Both the position numbers and the translations under genes were made by a program. A DNA stretch of 29,040 nucleotides from Tubiluchus corallicola (Eukaryota > Animalia > Priapulida). Position 1 is the stretch's first letter. The number at the start of each line of letters is the position of its first letter. The notes under the pieces were generated by a model, which was not told the origin of the DNA, did not search any database, and saw nothing but the letters and a program-made list of their open reading frames with translations. Shown here one piece after another: positions 1-12,066 of the stretch. The DNA lies in assembly GCA_030141605.1 (NCBI GenBank), contig JAQGDQ010001694.1, positions 1-29,040 on the forward strand, in the 5' to 3' direction.

Positions 1-231
1 AAGGTAAAGTAGTTAGTATATAATTCAGGCAACTGTCGGTTATTATACTTATACATGAATTTAAATAATTCAAGATAATAAATATCATCTATTTTCAATA
101 AACTAAGGTGTATGTATGATGGTGTTGCATGGTCTCTGTAATTGGCAAAAGTCATGTATTTCACTATTTTATTCTGAACTGTTATTAGTGGTTGTAATAA
201 GTATTTTTTTGTTTGCCACCATGACTTAAAA

Positions 232-720
232 CAGTAAATCAAGGGAAGAAAATGCAATGTTAAGTTATGACCCAAAGAATTTTCCGTGCATATCTATATT
301 ACTTAGCATTTTCACTTACCTGCTGGAAACACTTATGTAACTAACAATTTCAAATCTTTGTGCCCTTTGGTAATAATGTTGCTGACTCACCCTCCAGGGT
401 GCGCCACTCACTAACCAAAAACGTATTTTTAATCTTAGTGACAAAGTACAGTAATTTTAAATTTTACTTAATTAGCAAAATGTATACTACGAATGCTCTG
501 ATTATTTCTTCAAACTTTACCTAATGTTATCTAAACTTGTTTCAAACAGCCTACGATTAAAATGGTTGCGCCTAACTGTCATCGCGGGAGTTTAAATTTA
601 CATGTTTTATACAGCGTTACTGCCGACGCAAGCCATGCATACAAAAAGGTAGTATGTAAGTGGTATAAAATTTCGAAGCGAATTTTTTAAGCCTTATGTA
701 AGTGGAGGGTTTTCTTGTGC
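232..720. repeat. Dispersed repeat family A, copy 1 (non-autonomous element, class unknown)
   Basis: Shares tattacttagcatttt...gaaa.acttatgtaacta...cgaatgctc...tcaaacttta...gagtttaaatttaca with 1068-1975 and 22120-22330. Confidence 0.85.
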
Positions 721-1067
721 TTTAACATTGTAGCTCCACTATTTTGAAAAGCTGATTGTCTACAATTCTTTAACGTCCATTGTCTAAATACATAATTTTC
801 TTATGTAAATCTTACTAAATATTAATAAATTTAGAGTTGTAACAATTCTCCATCTTAGTGTGATGAATACTGACATCTTGTAAATGAAAAGGAAAGAGTT
901 AAGAAATTACGAAATACTCATTTTCAATTTACATTCAACTACAATCTCATTTAATCGTCCTACACTTTATTACACTATCTCAACACATAAAGGACAAGGA
1001 AAGTGGCAGGTGAAATAAATTTCAGAAAAATCGCCTTAAAAAATTCCATTACTTTTGAACAATTTTA

Positions 1068-1975
1068 CGATATATCGTACTCGTGTTGAAAGGATTTTTT
1101 GTTTGTCTTCATTTTAAATCGCCCGCAATAATTGCTCAGACCGCGCCATCACATGACGTCACGTACAACATAAATCAGGGGAACAAAAGGAAATGTTAAA
1201 TTATGTCCCAAAAAACTTTCCATGCAAAGTTATATTACTTAGCATTTTGCTTATATGTTTGAAAGACTTATGTAACTAGAAAGGAAAATATGAATTACTG
1301 TTTTCACCAATTGGTAAAATGTCGTTGACTTACCTCCAGAATGCGAGGTAAGTTACATTATTAAGTAAGTCACATAATGTAAAATACATTATTTTTGTTA
1401 TTGACAAAATAAGGTAATTTGAAGTTTTTATTAGTTAGCGAGAGTGTGCTGCGAATGCTCGGGTTATTTTTCAAACTTTACGCAATGTCTTTTAAACCCA
1501 TTTCAAATGACTTACCATTAAAATGGTCATACCGGGAGTTTAAATTTACAAAAAACTTTCCATACAAAGTTTTATAACTTAGCATTTCACTTAGGTGCTG
1601 GAAAGACATAGATCTATAGAAATAAAATTATTAATTATTTAAAATGTTTTCATCAATTGGTGAAATGTCATTGATGCGCCTCCAGTAAGCACCACTCTCT
1701 AACCAAAAAAAAAATGCATTTTTAGTCTTACTGACAACATATAGTAATTTAAAATTTTACTTAGTTAGTAATGTGTGTGCTACGAATGTTCTGATTATTT
1801 TCTCAAACTTTACACAATGTTACCATCAAAATGGCTGCATCTAACAGTCATCGCGGAAGTTTAAATACACATATTTTATACTGCGTTGCTGCCATCGCAA
1901 GCCCTGTATGCAAAAAGGCAGCATATAAGTAGTATAAAATTTCGAGACAAATTTTCAAAGCTTTATATAAGTCGT
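1068..1975. repeat. Repeat family A, copies 2 (1068-1549) and 3 (1550-1975), joined head to tail
   Basis: aaaaaactttcca.. recurs at ~1210 and ~1550. Copy 2 is cut off after gggagtttaaatttaca. Confidence 0.85.
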
Positions 1976-2529
1976 AGTTGTGCTTTATATAAGTTTTGCT
2001 TCAACTCATTTTTGTGAAATGCTCATTTTTAGAATCTATTATTAATCTATGAACTTACAAATAATTATATATATTTATATACACTTACAAATAAAAAATA
2101 TATACTTCCAAAATACATATATAAATTTGATAGACATTTTCCGCACATGGTGAGTGCCACACTACCTACTTTTCTAACCTCTTTTACAAATCGCAATCTC
2201 GCATAATTTTCAAACACTTAATTTCACCATCTCAACCCTAAAATTCATTTCACTTCCACTCCTGTTTTACTTTCAACTTTTTCGTAATTCTCTTCACGCT
2301 TTTCAACTTCCATAATTCTAACAGCTGGACCATTAACTACATTATACAGCTGTGCTACTGATTATCATGCAGGCAACAATTAATGTACAAATATAATATA
2401 CTCATAATTAAACTAACAGACGGGGATTAATTATGCCATTTCACGAATGTCCAGCAATTCATAGGAGTTCTTGAGAATAACTGTTCAACAAAGATTAACC
2501 TTTACAACCCAACTAGAACAGAAGAACAG

Positions 2530-3000
2530 AAAAGCAATGCTGATCATAGGATCTCACACGAAACAACTCTCACAATCTTTGACACAAAATTTGAGGAAAT
2601 GGCGACATATTGGTTTGATGTCATTGCCCCGATGTTGAAACTGCATCATTTACAGGTCTTAGACAGATGCAAACCAGGTGCACATAGTTGCACATCATCA
2701 ACGCTGGCTTCGTTAATAATAAAACTCACTCACAGAGAGCATTAGAAAGAGATTTGCTTTTGTTCAAAATGTTTTTAGAAATTACGAAACCGAATGCAGC
2801 CAAAAGAAAAACGAGAGCATTGACAAGAGCAAGAGAAGTGATTTAGCCATCAGCACAACACACTGGAAACGGGAAACACAATGCATGGCTTCCACCATCT
2901 GTTATGCAATAATGGCACATACCTCGGCCATACGGATAGATGTTTTTGTAAGGTGTCACAACATAGTAAGTGATAGACTACATATTTTGTCCAACACAGA
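2530..3000 (+). mobile_element. Possible highly decayed non-LTR retrotransposon C-terminus (zinc knuckle + restriction-like endonuclease type)
   Basis: Translation TQNLRKW...PRC*NC...HIVAH followed by TSAIRIDVFV, resembling the NLxRW..CxxC..H and TxLRPDIV motifs; multiple stops. Confidence 0.3.
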
Positions 3001-3262
3001 TGATAGCACATCCCTACGTGACTTTGTTGGAGATAATAGTTCAGATAGAGAGAGACAGATTATCTGGTTCAGAAATCCAAACTATAAACTTACACATATT
3101 TTAAATTACTGTTCTAATTTTAGATGGTCTTGTTCATATCGTAAGTACTAATTGTATTTCTTTTTTCTTTTATAACGTTTCAATAATAATTTCTGTGTAC
3201 TAATTTTAAAATCATCTTTTAATTTTGTATGTATAGGTGGTCATCTACTTATGACCACAATA

Positions 3263-3643
3263 CAGTCAACCCTTGTTAAACCGGACTAATTGGAGGGGGG
3301 GGGGGTGATCCGGTTTAGCCGATTGTCCGATTTATCCAATATGCCTATATATGGTCTATATTATACAGGAATAATCATCTTAATAAGGCCTATATACATT
3401 GCACTATATACTATACTGTATATTACTTTAAAATAGTTAACCTGTGAGGATAAAGAAATTAGCGAGTGCTTTCCATGGGGTAAGCAAACTGAATTTTGGC
3501 GGGAATTTCATGGTGAGTTGGTAGGCCGTGTTGTGTTTAGCGCTCTGGCTCGGATGGTAATCAGTCAGTTTCCTTTACCACGGATGATGTCCATCTTATC
3601 CGATATCCGGGCTAACGGGGTCCAGCTTAACGAGGGTCGACTG
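3263..3643. mobile_element. Tc1/mariner-pogo-like MITE
   Basis: TIRs CAGTCAACCCTTGTTAAACCGGA and TCCAGCTTAACGAGGGTCGACTG match at 19/23. TA is present on the left and missing on the right. Subterminal ccgg/ccga repeats. Confidence 0.8.
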
Positions 3644-6144
3644 GTCGTAAGATGAATTGGATGCAACTCGGACCCATGTATTCAGTCAAACAGTTTGCCT
3701 GTAGACACAAGATGTTCTGTGTGAACTCACTCTAAGTATGGCGATGCCTATGATGACTTTATCGAAACAGTTAGCAATTTAAAGTTAATTTGTTTAAAAA
3801 AGTAGAATGAAATATGAGTTATAGTTATAGCTGTATTTTAAACACAATGTAGCAAACATCAGGCATAAACACACTGTATTACGAGATGACCCCCTGTCCT
3901 GCACGGAACGAAACCGCAAATAAATGAATGTCTAGCATTTTCTCCAATAGAAGAACTACAAAAAACGCAAAGACACATTTCTTCAAGTGCACACCGGACA
4001 GACACCCTCCCTGCAGAATCTCACAGCAGTCTCGCATTAGCAAATAAAGTTAAACGACAAATTATAAACAGAACAATTCGCTTGAATTTTTATCAAAAGC
4101 CATCTGACCTTTGAACTGAATTTTACAGAAATTATTCATTAGCACGTGTGCAAGAGCAAGAAAAGGTCTAGAAACCTTTGTATAAATATCATTTAGAACT
4201 GCAATTGTAAACAAGTTATGACAGAACTTCTCTGTCTAACATGAATTTAAATATATATATATATGCATTGTTTACAGACGGGACAATTTTTTTCATTAAC
4301 ATTACTACGATTGTGAGTAATTAAGCACAGGTATTATTCAACACCAGCTCTCCTTGATCTCTTGGTTCTACCTCTGCCCCTGGCACTAATTCAATTCTAA
4401 ATCTTGGCCCTGGTCTAACCCCATCCCTACGCCAATTCAGTAGTACAAGCATCTTATAATAAGTTAATTTTCATAATAGTCATATTGCACAGCATTGAAA
4501 GGTTTTAATAGAACCAAATTGGCACTACAGTTCATATTCTTTCAAAATTCAGAAGCAACTTTCAATTAACTTGGGTCACAAAGTGAAATTTGGCTTATAC
4601 TAGTATTACACTGTGAGACAGAAGATGCAAAATTTGGACCAGGCTACCACCAAGATTTCTGAGTGCCCACATTAAAGGACTGTTCTGATTAATTGTTTTC
4701 TCTTTACAACCGCATTTTTTAAGCTCAGTGAAAATGAACATAATAAAATAATGCTAACAAGCCATAGCAACCAATGTGGCAAAGCGCAAAAGATGGCAAC
4801 CTGGGTACACTCAACAAGTACAAAATGAATTCACTTCTTACTTTTGCAACTTCTTCTTCTACTCACCTCTAGTCTTTACCTTTCTTGAGGTTTAGGGCCA
4901 TTGGAGTTGAAACATTTTGAACACAAAGCTTGGTATTATTTTGCTCTTTTCTGCTCATCAGGTTTATCATCTATCTGCTCATATAAATCAACTCTATCTT
5001 CGGTTTTAGCAATGACCAGAGTTCTCTTAAGTAGGTATGTGAAGTCGAGTTAAATGTTTCGTCTTTTTGACATCGACAGCTCTTACTTTCAATGTTTCTT
5101 AGCTTTTAGGATTGAATTTTACATTCAAGAACAGGTTGTTACAAGTTACAGCCAGCTTTTAAAATCAACTTACCAGAATCCACAAAATACGAAACATACG
5201 CAACCAGTAAAAGAATAGATTCTCGCCCGAACATTTCTACACAAACATAATAACACGATTACATAAAACTAGTGCCACTAAATGATAAATAACTGTTAAA
5301 AGAAAGAGAGGATTGTACAATTATGTACAGTTCCGTCTCAGTCATTTCGTCAATTTAACTGCAAAATTTCAAATGTTGAAACTACGATTAGCAACTTTGC
5401 AGGTTACTGCAAGGGAAACGACAGCGCCGTTGTTGCCTACCAGCGGCGATGATTTTCAATGATAAATAATGACCTTAGACAGTTAGACTTGGCAGATAAG
5501 ATCCGCTTTGTGTGTTTATTTGGATATAAAAAATAAAGTAATATAATCTAATCTAGTCTAACTTGCTAAGTACAGAATCACTGAGTTTGTTTTGTTAGTA
5601 TAAAATTTCGCAATAATTAGAGGTATTACCAAAATAAAAAAATATCACGACTCTTTAATTTAGTTTAGTTTCGTTTATTATGTTCTACTTGCCAAAACAG
5701 CTATAATTATACAATGAAAATGATGAAATAATGTTTTGAAGCTCTGTCTCATCGCACAGTCTTATTGTAAAGAACACTGGACGAACATTTGTAACAATAA
5801 ACAAATTCAACATATCTGCGCAGGTTGTTATAATATATTAAAAACGGTATACACACTAAATTCACTTTGTTCTGGCACAGAATTCAGGTAATTTAAGAAC
5901 ATTTAAGTTGCATTAATTGTTAGGATCGTTTAATGATGAACTTGTAGCACTCAGACACTTAGGCTCAGTAAAGCAAACAGAAAAGAAAATGTGGAGGGGT
6001 AGAAAGACTAGAACAAACGGTGCAATTAAGGTTAAAGAAAAAATAGCACGTGAAAGAGTATGAAGGTGCAATACGAAAAATGAGATTAGTAGAAATTAGA
6101 TTCTCTTGACCAGAAAGTTTGATCAGACTGCCATTTTTACTAGA

Positions 6145-6410
6145 TAGTTAGTCTACTGGCAACGTACCACTTTCAATCTAGGAGCTAGGTCGTGATACAG
6201 TGGCTGGGTCATACCAAAGACTTTAAGAATGGTACCTGCTGTTGCCCTGCCTGGTGCATGGTATTTAGGGTAGACTGGGGTAATAATAGTCTCTGCGTTG
6301 TAATTGTAAGACTGTTATTTACAGTCGGCCAGTCTCAGACCTTATGTTAATAAAACTCAATGGACCTTATGTTAATTGTTCATCCAAAAAACCGACTTTA
6401 AATAAAGATT
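6145..6410 (+). mobile_element. Decayed tRNA-derived SINE with Meta-domain-like core
   Basis: gggtcataccaaagactttaagaatggtacctgctgttgccctgcctgg (6206-6254) matches the recalled MetaSINE core; aataaa followed by an AT tail near 6400. Confidence 0.6.
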
Positions 6411-6971
6411 ATTAGAATTCAAAAACTTAACGGAGGTTATGTCCGCCATAATGTTATAATTCACTGAAAGAATTTCACTAGTATATACTCAGGTTTGAGT
6501 CAGTAACAACTGGTAGAGAATTCTTGGCTTCAATCAAAGTCACATCCTCAGTCTTTCTGTATGGATCATACTCTTATGTAACCAAAAATATGTTTTAGCC
6601 ACTTCCGTTATCATATTATCTGCGCTCTTCTACCATACTTCCTTTATTTCTTCTTTTTATAAACTACAGTTTTAACTTTACATATTATATGTGAGGATTA
6701 TTGTTAAGCTGTTAAGCCTTTTTATGCTTAAAGAGATTTTACATGACAAGCTTTACTATTGTTATGTTTGCTTTACATGTTTCCTTTGTTATTGCATTGT
6801 TTTGATCATTTAATTTAAGTAATTAACAAAAATTGCATCCAGTGTCATCAATTTTTCTGTTATTACAACATTAATTTAAAAGGGGTGAGTGACTAGATGA
6901 CCAACGGTCTTTCCTCATCCCACCTCCACGGATAAAGTAAAGTTTCTTCTCATGAAATGGAGAAAATAAAC

Positions 6972-7027
6972 GTCTATGCCTATGCCTATGTCTGTGTCTA
7001 TGTCTATGTCTATGTCTTTGCCTATGC
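6972..7027. repeat. (GTCTAT/GCCTAT)n hexamer microsatellite
   Basis: Seen directly. Confidence 0.9.
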
Positions 7028-7299
7028 CAGTGTTTGTTCAAACCAGTTTTTTCGTCTACGGTGTGATATAGCTTTCGCTAGTGGAGCGTGAACGTAATGA
7101 GCACCGCATGTACTGATGAATCAATAGGGAATCCGTGATATGGATGCCAACTGCATCTCACACAACCGGAAGTCTTCAGAAGGATGATAGGAGCAGATGG
7201 AACTGAATTACAGAGTAAGATGATGCAATAATGTTACAATGTTTATCGGTGTTAAAAAGGCAAAGATTGTATTATGAGACATCAATGAATTGAAGTAAG

Positions 7300-9460
7300 A
7301 AACTCAATTTAATTCAGTTTCAATTTATTTATCTCTTTACAGTGTTACAATAAAACATGATTAATAAAAGAATCTCTAATAAGTTTTGAATGTATAGATA
7401 GAACTAGAGAAAGGATAGCGAAAAGGCTATAAAGTCACCTAGTCTGCTATCATTTACCAAATATAGACAAAAAGATTTTTTAAACACTGGTTATCAGTTT
7501 AATTTAGGAAACATTAGTAATTTTTAAAATTATGACATTTTCTATATAATCCAGAAAAAAGAATATACATGTAGTTTAATTAGCGGGCAACAAAATAAGG
7601 ACAATCTTGATTAAACTAAAAATTGCATTTAGTTTTTATGTGAAATACAGGTCAAAATTGTTATGAAATGATAAAAACACTTTGGATTAATAATGCTATT
7701 AATCAACAACAGGAGTTAAATACATTTTCATTTGAGTTCAACTTCATTAGGCTTATTGATTAAGAACAAATCTACTGACTTGGACAATAATACTAAATAA
7801 TATAAACATTAAAAACGTTTGCTTTATGTATACATAAAAATTTGGGAAATGTTTGTTTTTTTCTGTACATTAAAAACATTAGTTTTCATTAAATAATGGC
7901 GGAGAGTGACATATGAAAGCAGCAAAACTTTCAGCTCTAACTGGTTTCTCCTGACCTCAGGAAACTGTGAAAAGGCTTAATGATGCTGATGTTGTCACAT
8001 GTAAACATTAACATTGCTGAACTGTGTAAGAATGATAACTGAATCTGCAAAAATTGCATTAGGTATCAATGGGTGATACGAGTGAGATGGGTCAGTAGTT
8101 GTTCAACTCATTTGGATCACCTTTTTTATATATGAGGATAATTTTTGTTGGATTGTTCCCAGAGTTTATTGAAAATGACAGGTTTTCCTTTGGCAACTTT
8201 AAGAGCCATTTTGTGATGCTTTTATGCTTGGCTAAAAATGCAATTTTCAAGGAAGGTACAGAAATAACGGAATCTTTAGATTTTGTTTGGCGTGGATAGG
8301 AATAAAGTTTGTACTTGCATCCATCTTATGTACCATGGAGACTATTACGATTTTCTGTAACAATAGGGATTCTTCTGAAATAATAAAAAAAAACAAAGTT
8401 TACCAATTTAAAATTTAGAATTATTTGTTTCCAATATTTGATTTTTTGGGAATGAAAAGCACTTTTTAACTATTCTGGAATAAAAAAAAATCACATTTAA
8501 ATTTTTTAGACTTGACTTTGTCATCCGGTTTAATGTAGAACTCTTGGTTTTTAGACGATTTAAAAGAAATCTCCTATTCACGAGACACTTTCAAAAGTTA
8601 AAAATTAGCATAGCATTTGACCCTTGCGATCTATTAGTTACTTTTGCCAGGTAAAGTTAGTTAATTATAAATATTTAAACACAAATTGTTGTTTTTGCCA
8701 AGCAAGATGATTTATACCATTTATTTGCTGAAGTCAACTGACCCAGTGTCATTGGTCTTCTTCGTCCGTCTCCGTCTCCATCACCGTATCCGCATTTGTA
8801 TCTGTATCCACCTCCGTATTCTCCATAATTTCCTAAAGTATCAGCAAACATTGAAATATTAACATTAGGCAAGTCATAGCCAATGAAAGAATATAGTAAG
8901 AAAAAGGAACATCACTACTGTATGGGAAAGTTATAACAGAAACCACTATCATTATAATGTAAATATATATATATATGTAGGCATGAAAAGCATATATGTG
9001 TGGAGAGCATGTGCAATTTTCACACTTGCATCATTGAAAATCCGGATTGTCAATACGAATTCTTCACCAATTAACCCAAAAAATTAGAATTGCTGATCAG
9101 AATATGTTGTTGTAATTATTTTACAGGTTGAAAAGTCCATGGACGATTAGGTGATAATTTACCATCTTGATTTTAAGATTCCTGATTGATATGGAATAAA
9201 CTCACACTTCTTTCCTTTCAGTTAATTCAAGAAATCAATAACTGTGGGCTCACTTTACCATTTTTCATAACCCATTTGGGAAATACAATAATATAAATGA
9301 ATAATTACACAGAAGCAAAAAGAAAATAAACCCAACAATCAACATTTTGATTTTCCATAATGCACCTCTGGAGAACCCCGCCAGTATGTCATAACTGGAG
9401 CTAAGGCATTTTTTACGCTATTTGCGTGGATCTGTCCTTGCAAACTAGTTCTTGAATGTA
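7300..9460 (-). mobile_element. Possible heavily decayed L1/Tx1-like LINE 3' half
   Basis: Minus-strand remnants in the expected order: LSSSYDI../GGVLQRC (like RGVRQGC, ~9400-9362), RRPMTLGQL..NK..LAK (~8760), NFTWQK (~8650), and a tail aataaattgaaactgaattaaattg (~7330-7305). Many stops and frameshifts. Confidence 0.35.
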
Positions 9461-10004
9461 AAAGTGTAATGTTATATTTACATTGTAATTATTCAAGTCT
9501 ATGTAATTAGCTGATTTAGGCTTCTTTCATAGATCTATACATTTATGGTTAGCATTTTTTCTGTGCCAAAGTCATAGCTAGCCATGAGTCACAATCTCTA
9601 TGTTGCTACTTTGCTCATTATCGAGGATGACCACGAGTACAGTACAATAGGTATGTCTAAAGTCTTTTTGTGTTAGACTTGACATATACATTTAAAGTAA
9701 TCATGTTGTAATTTAGACATTATGTAATTTCGTTTCTATTAAAAAGTTAAAAATCTTCAAATAAATCGTTAAAATTAATATTGTTGCGGGCAAGCTTATT
9801 AAGGATTGGTTTTGCGCATGCCCACCATTTGCTATAAAAGAAGTGAGCACATAGACTTCTAAGTCTTTGTCGTGATCGTCACATCCACCATGTTGCTCTT
9901 TCCAGTGCCTAGGAATGGCTGTCATTTTCATAGGTATGTCATAGTTTGATCCTACTTAATAATCTTTTATCTTTCTTTCTTCTGCACTCCCACCTGCAGC
10001 ACGG

Positions 10005-10071
10005 TCATAAGAAGGCTGACTGCTCAGCCGTCTTCGCGTCCCTGAACCGCCTGGTGGCTCCCAGTGGAGGG
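10005..10071 (-). CDS. Candidate terminal exon (S)PPLGATRRFRDAKTAEQSAFL*
   Basis: GC-rich island; weak acceptor gtgaag|; phase 2 fits the preceding candidate exon. Plus-strand splice signals are also present here, so the call is ambiguous. Confidence 0.25.
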
Positions 10072-10440
10072 CTTCACAACAATAATTTCAAAGAATAAAA
10101 ATAGTTTCAACAGGTCAAAAACACAGTGGTTATTCTCAACAATAAAATGGCACTTCTTTATTGCTTAAGTTTCGATTACGTTATCGTTAACAGGCTCTTT
10201 TACAATATAGATAATACAGTAGCATTCACTGCTTTATAATCTAACGTATATTTCTAGATGACTTGTGAATGTGCACTGATGATGATGCAAGTCTTGAAAC
10301 GTAAGCAATAAAGAACTGTCATATTGTTATCATCAACAGCTGTTGTAATGGTTGAGTTACAGAAAACAGGCGTATAAACCTGATACTTATAACAGATTTC
10401 TGACATGTGATCTACATTTATAGTTACTGTTATTTCATAC

Positions 10441-10487
10441 CTTGTAAGGTCTTGAATTTCATCATTGTTGAGGTACTTCCACACTAC
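10441..10487 (-). CDS. Candidate downstream exon VVWKYLNNDEIQDLT(S)
   Basis: ttttgttttag| and AAG|GTATGA, 47 nt, phase 0-2. Confidence 0.45.
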
Positions 10488-10639
10488 CTAAAACAAAATT
10501 ATTCTTAACGAGCAGAATACAGATTGTGAAATGTAATAACAAAATGGCCAGCTTTACTTTTAGTAGTGCAGCTTGCAAAATGAATAAATAAAAAACAACC
10601 AAATATATAGCAACAAAACTAAATTGGCCAACAATTCTT

Positions 10640-10790
10640 TTGCATGAGAATTTATTACAAAACTCTTGCACAAACCTCATAACAAATCATGTACTACAGG
10701 TTCTACAAGTAACAAATCATGGAACCTGTTAAGGAAATGTAATAATACTTGCTCGTGACCGGAATCTAAGCATTGCCTTTAAATATACCT
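10640..10790 (-). pseudogene. Degenerate tandem duplicate of the 10853-10990 exon and its donor
   Basis: agattccggtcacgagcaa...ttacatttccttaacaggttccatgatttg...ag|gtttgtgcaagagtt versus agattccggtctcgagcaa...ttacatttgcttaaaaggctccatgagttg...ag|gtttgtataagagtt. The copy carries in-frame stops. Confidence 0.75.
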
Positions 10791-10852
10791 CAATATTGCT
10801 GGACAAATATTATTACAAAACTGAAAATTTACTATTAAACTCTTATACAAAC

Positions 10853-10990
10853 CTTGAATAAGAAGTCGCCGTCAATTAAATCTACAGGTGGCCCTGAAAG
10901 ACGCAACTCATGGAGCCTTTTAAGCAAATGTAACATTCTTTGCTCGAGACCGGAATCTTTCCATGCCTCATTATTCCACAACATATAATT
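10853..10990 (-). CDS. Candidate downstream exon NYMLWNNEAWKDSGLEQRMLHLLKRLHELRLSGPPVDLIDGDFLFK
   Basis: tttcag| and AAG|GTTTGT, 138 nt, phase 0-0, compatible with the phase-0 donor at 12163. Confidence 0.5.
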
Positions 10991-11601
10991 CTGAAATAAA
11001 ACTATTAAAATTGAAAACAACAATATATGACTTTGTAAAAGAGGACAATATTCTTTGTTCACAGAAAGATTTTAAACTAGACCTGACAGCTGACAGAATA
11101 GCAATTATTTCTGAAACGCAAGCATGTCAAACTGCCTAAAATTAAACATCTAAAACAACTTTTTAACACAGTAATTAAAGCTCTTGCTGCCAATCCCTCT
11201 CCATCATGTATGCGGCACAACGGCTTGGCAAAAAGACATTCTACTATGATCTTGATAAAAGTGTAAAAGTTGAAAGCAAAATTTACATTCATTTGTAACA
11301 CTTGGAAAAACAGACTATCTTTCATAGCAGCTGTTTTAGACAGTTTGAAAAATGTTCAAATAATTCATACAATATGTTTAATAAACAACAATTGTACAAC
11401 ACGAAGATATAAGGTATTTACAAATTGAATCTGTTTTTGACAATCGTCAAAATGGTGTTTTTTCGGCAAATCAGAGGTAATTTTAGTTTTTTTAGTTTAA
11501 TTTTCTCAAAAGCCATGCTATTATGTACATTGGTACATGAACTCAGTATGGAGTCTAACAATGGAGCGGAATTAAAAATGATTGGTTTTACTCTGTAAAG
11601 C

Positions 11602-11720
11602 TACGAGTACTTGTGCTCGTAATGTGTGATCCGTAATGTGTGATGCGTATTCAGACGATAGCCATTACATTCGGGTGAGTACATATCACGCACAACGCAT
11701 TACGAGCACATGAAGTCGTA
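11602..11720. mobile_element. Short palindromic MITE-like element
   Basis: tacga..tgtgctcgtaatg (core 11612-11624) versus cattacgagcaca..tcgta (core 11698-11710); TA at both ends; internal cgtaatgtgtgat duplication. Confidence 0.7.
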
Positions 11721-12066
11721 CATTTAGCCAAAAATATTAGCAATATAGGTCAAAATACATGATAACATGAAAATCTCTTCCACTGTGTGCAGGATGGTAA
11801 ATAACCTTTGCTAGTGTGGGGTACAAAGGCAAAGGTTAATAATGCAGAAGAACTCATTACAAAATATTGTTCAGGCAATTTCCATTCAATGCTGCTTTCA
11901 GTTGGGATTCTGTTTTGCACTACAAAGTATAATTTTTTGCACATAGAACAGCACAGATGTTATTCTAGTCTTTCAAAAATTAAACGAAAAACAATTTTAC
12001 AAATTTCCCGCATGTACCTTGTGTAGCAGAAGAGATTTACTGATAATAATCAATGAAGATTTTAAG

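Noticed and set aside
4860-4980. Minus-strand exon-like segment with a GTGAGT donor
   Set aside because: Stops in all frames, no homology and no compatible neighbouring exons.
8675-8872. Gly/Tyr-rich ORF
   Set aside because: Arises from a degenerate hexamer repeat next to decayed LINE-like sequence.
9580-10100. Small plus-strand spliced gene (donors ATAG|GTATGT near 9650 and 9933, strong acceptor near 9999)
   Set aside because: The joined peptide is short and unrecognisable; it cannot be supported without transcripts.
11033-11062. EYCPLL resembling ZER1 KYCPLL
   Set aside because: Lies in intron-like sequence with no supporting flanking similarity and is in the wrong order relative to the EAW motif.
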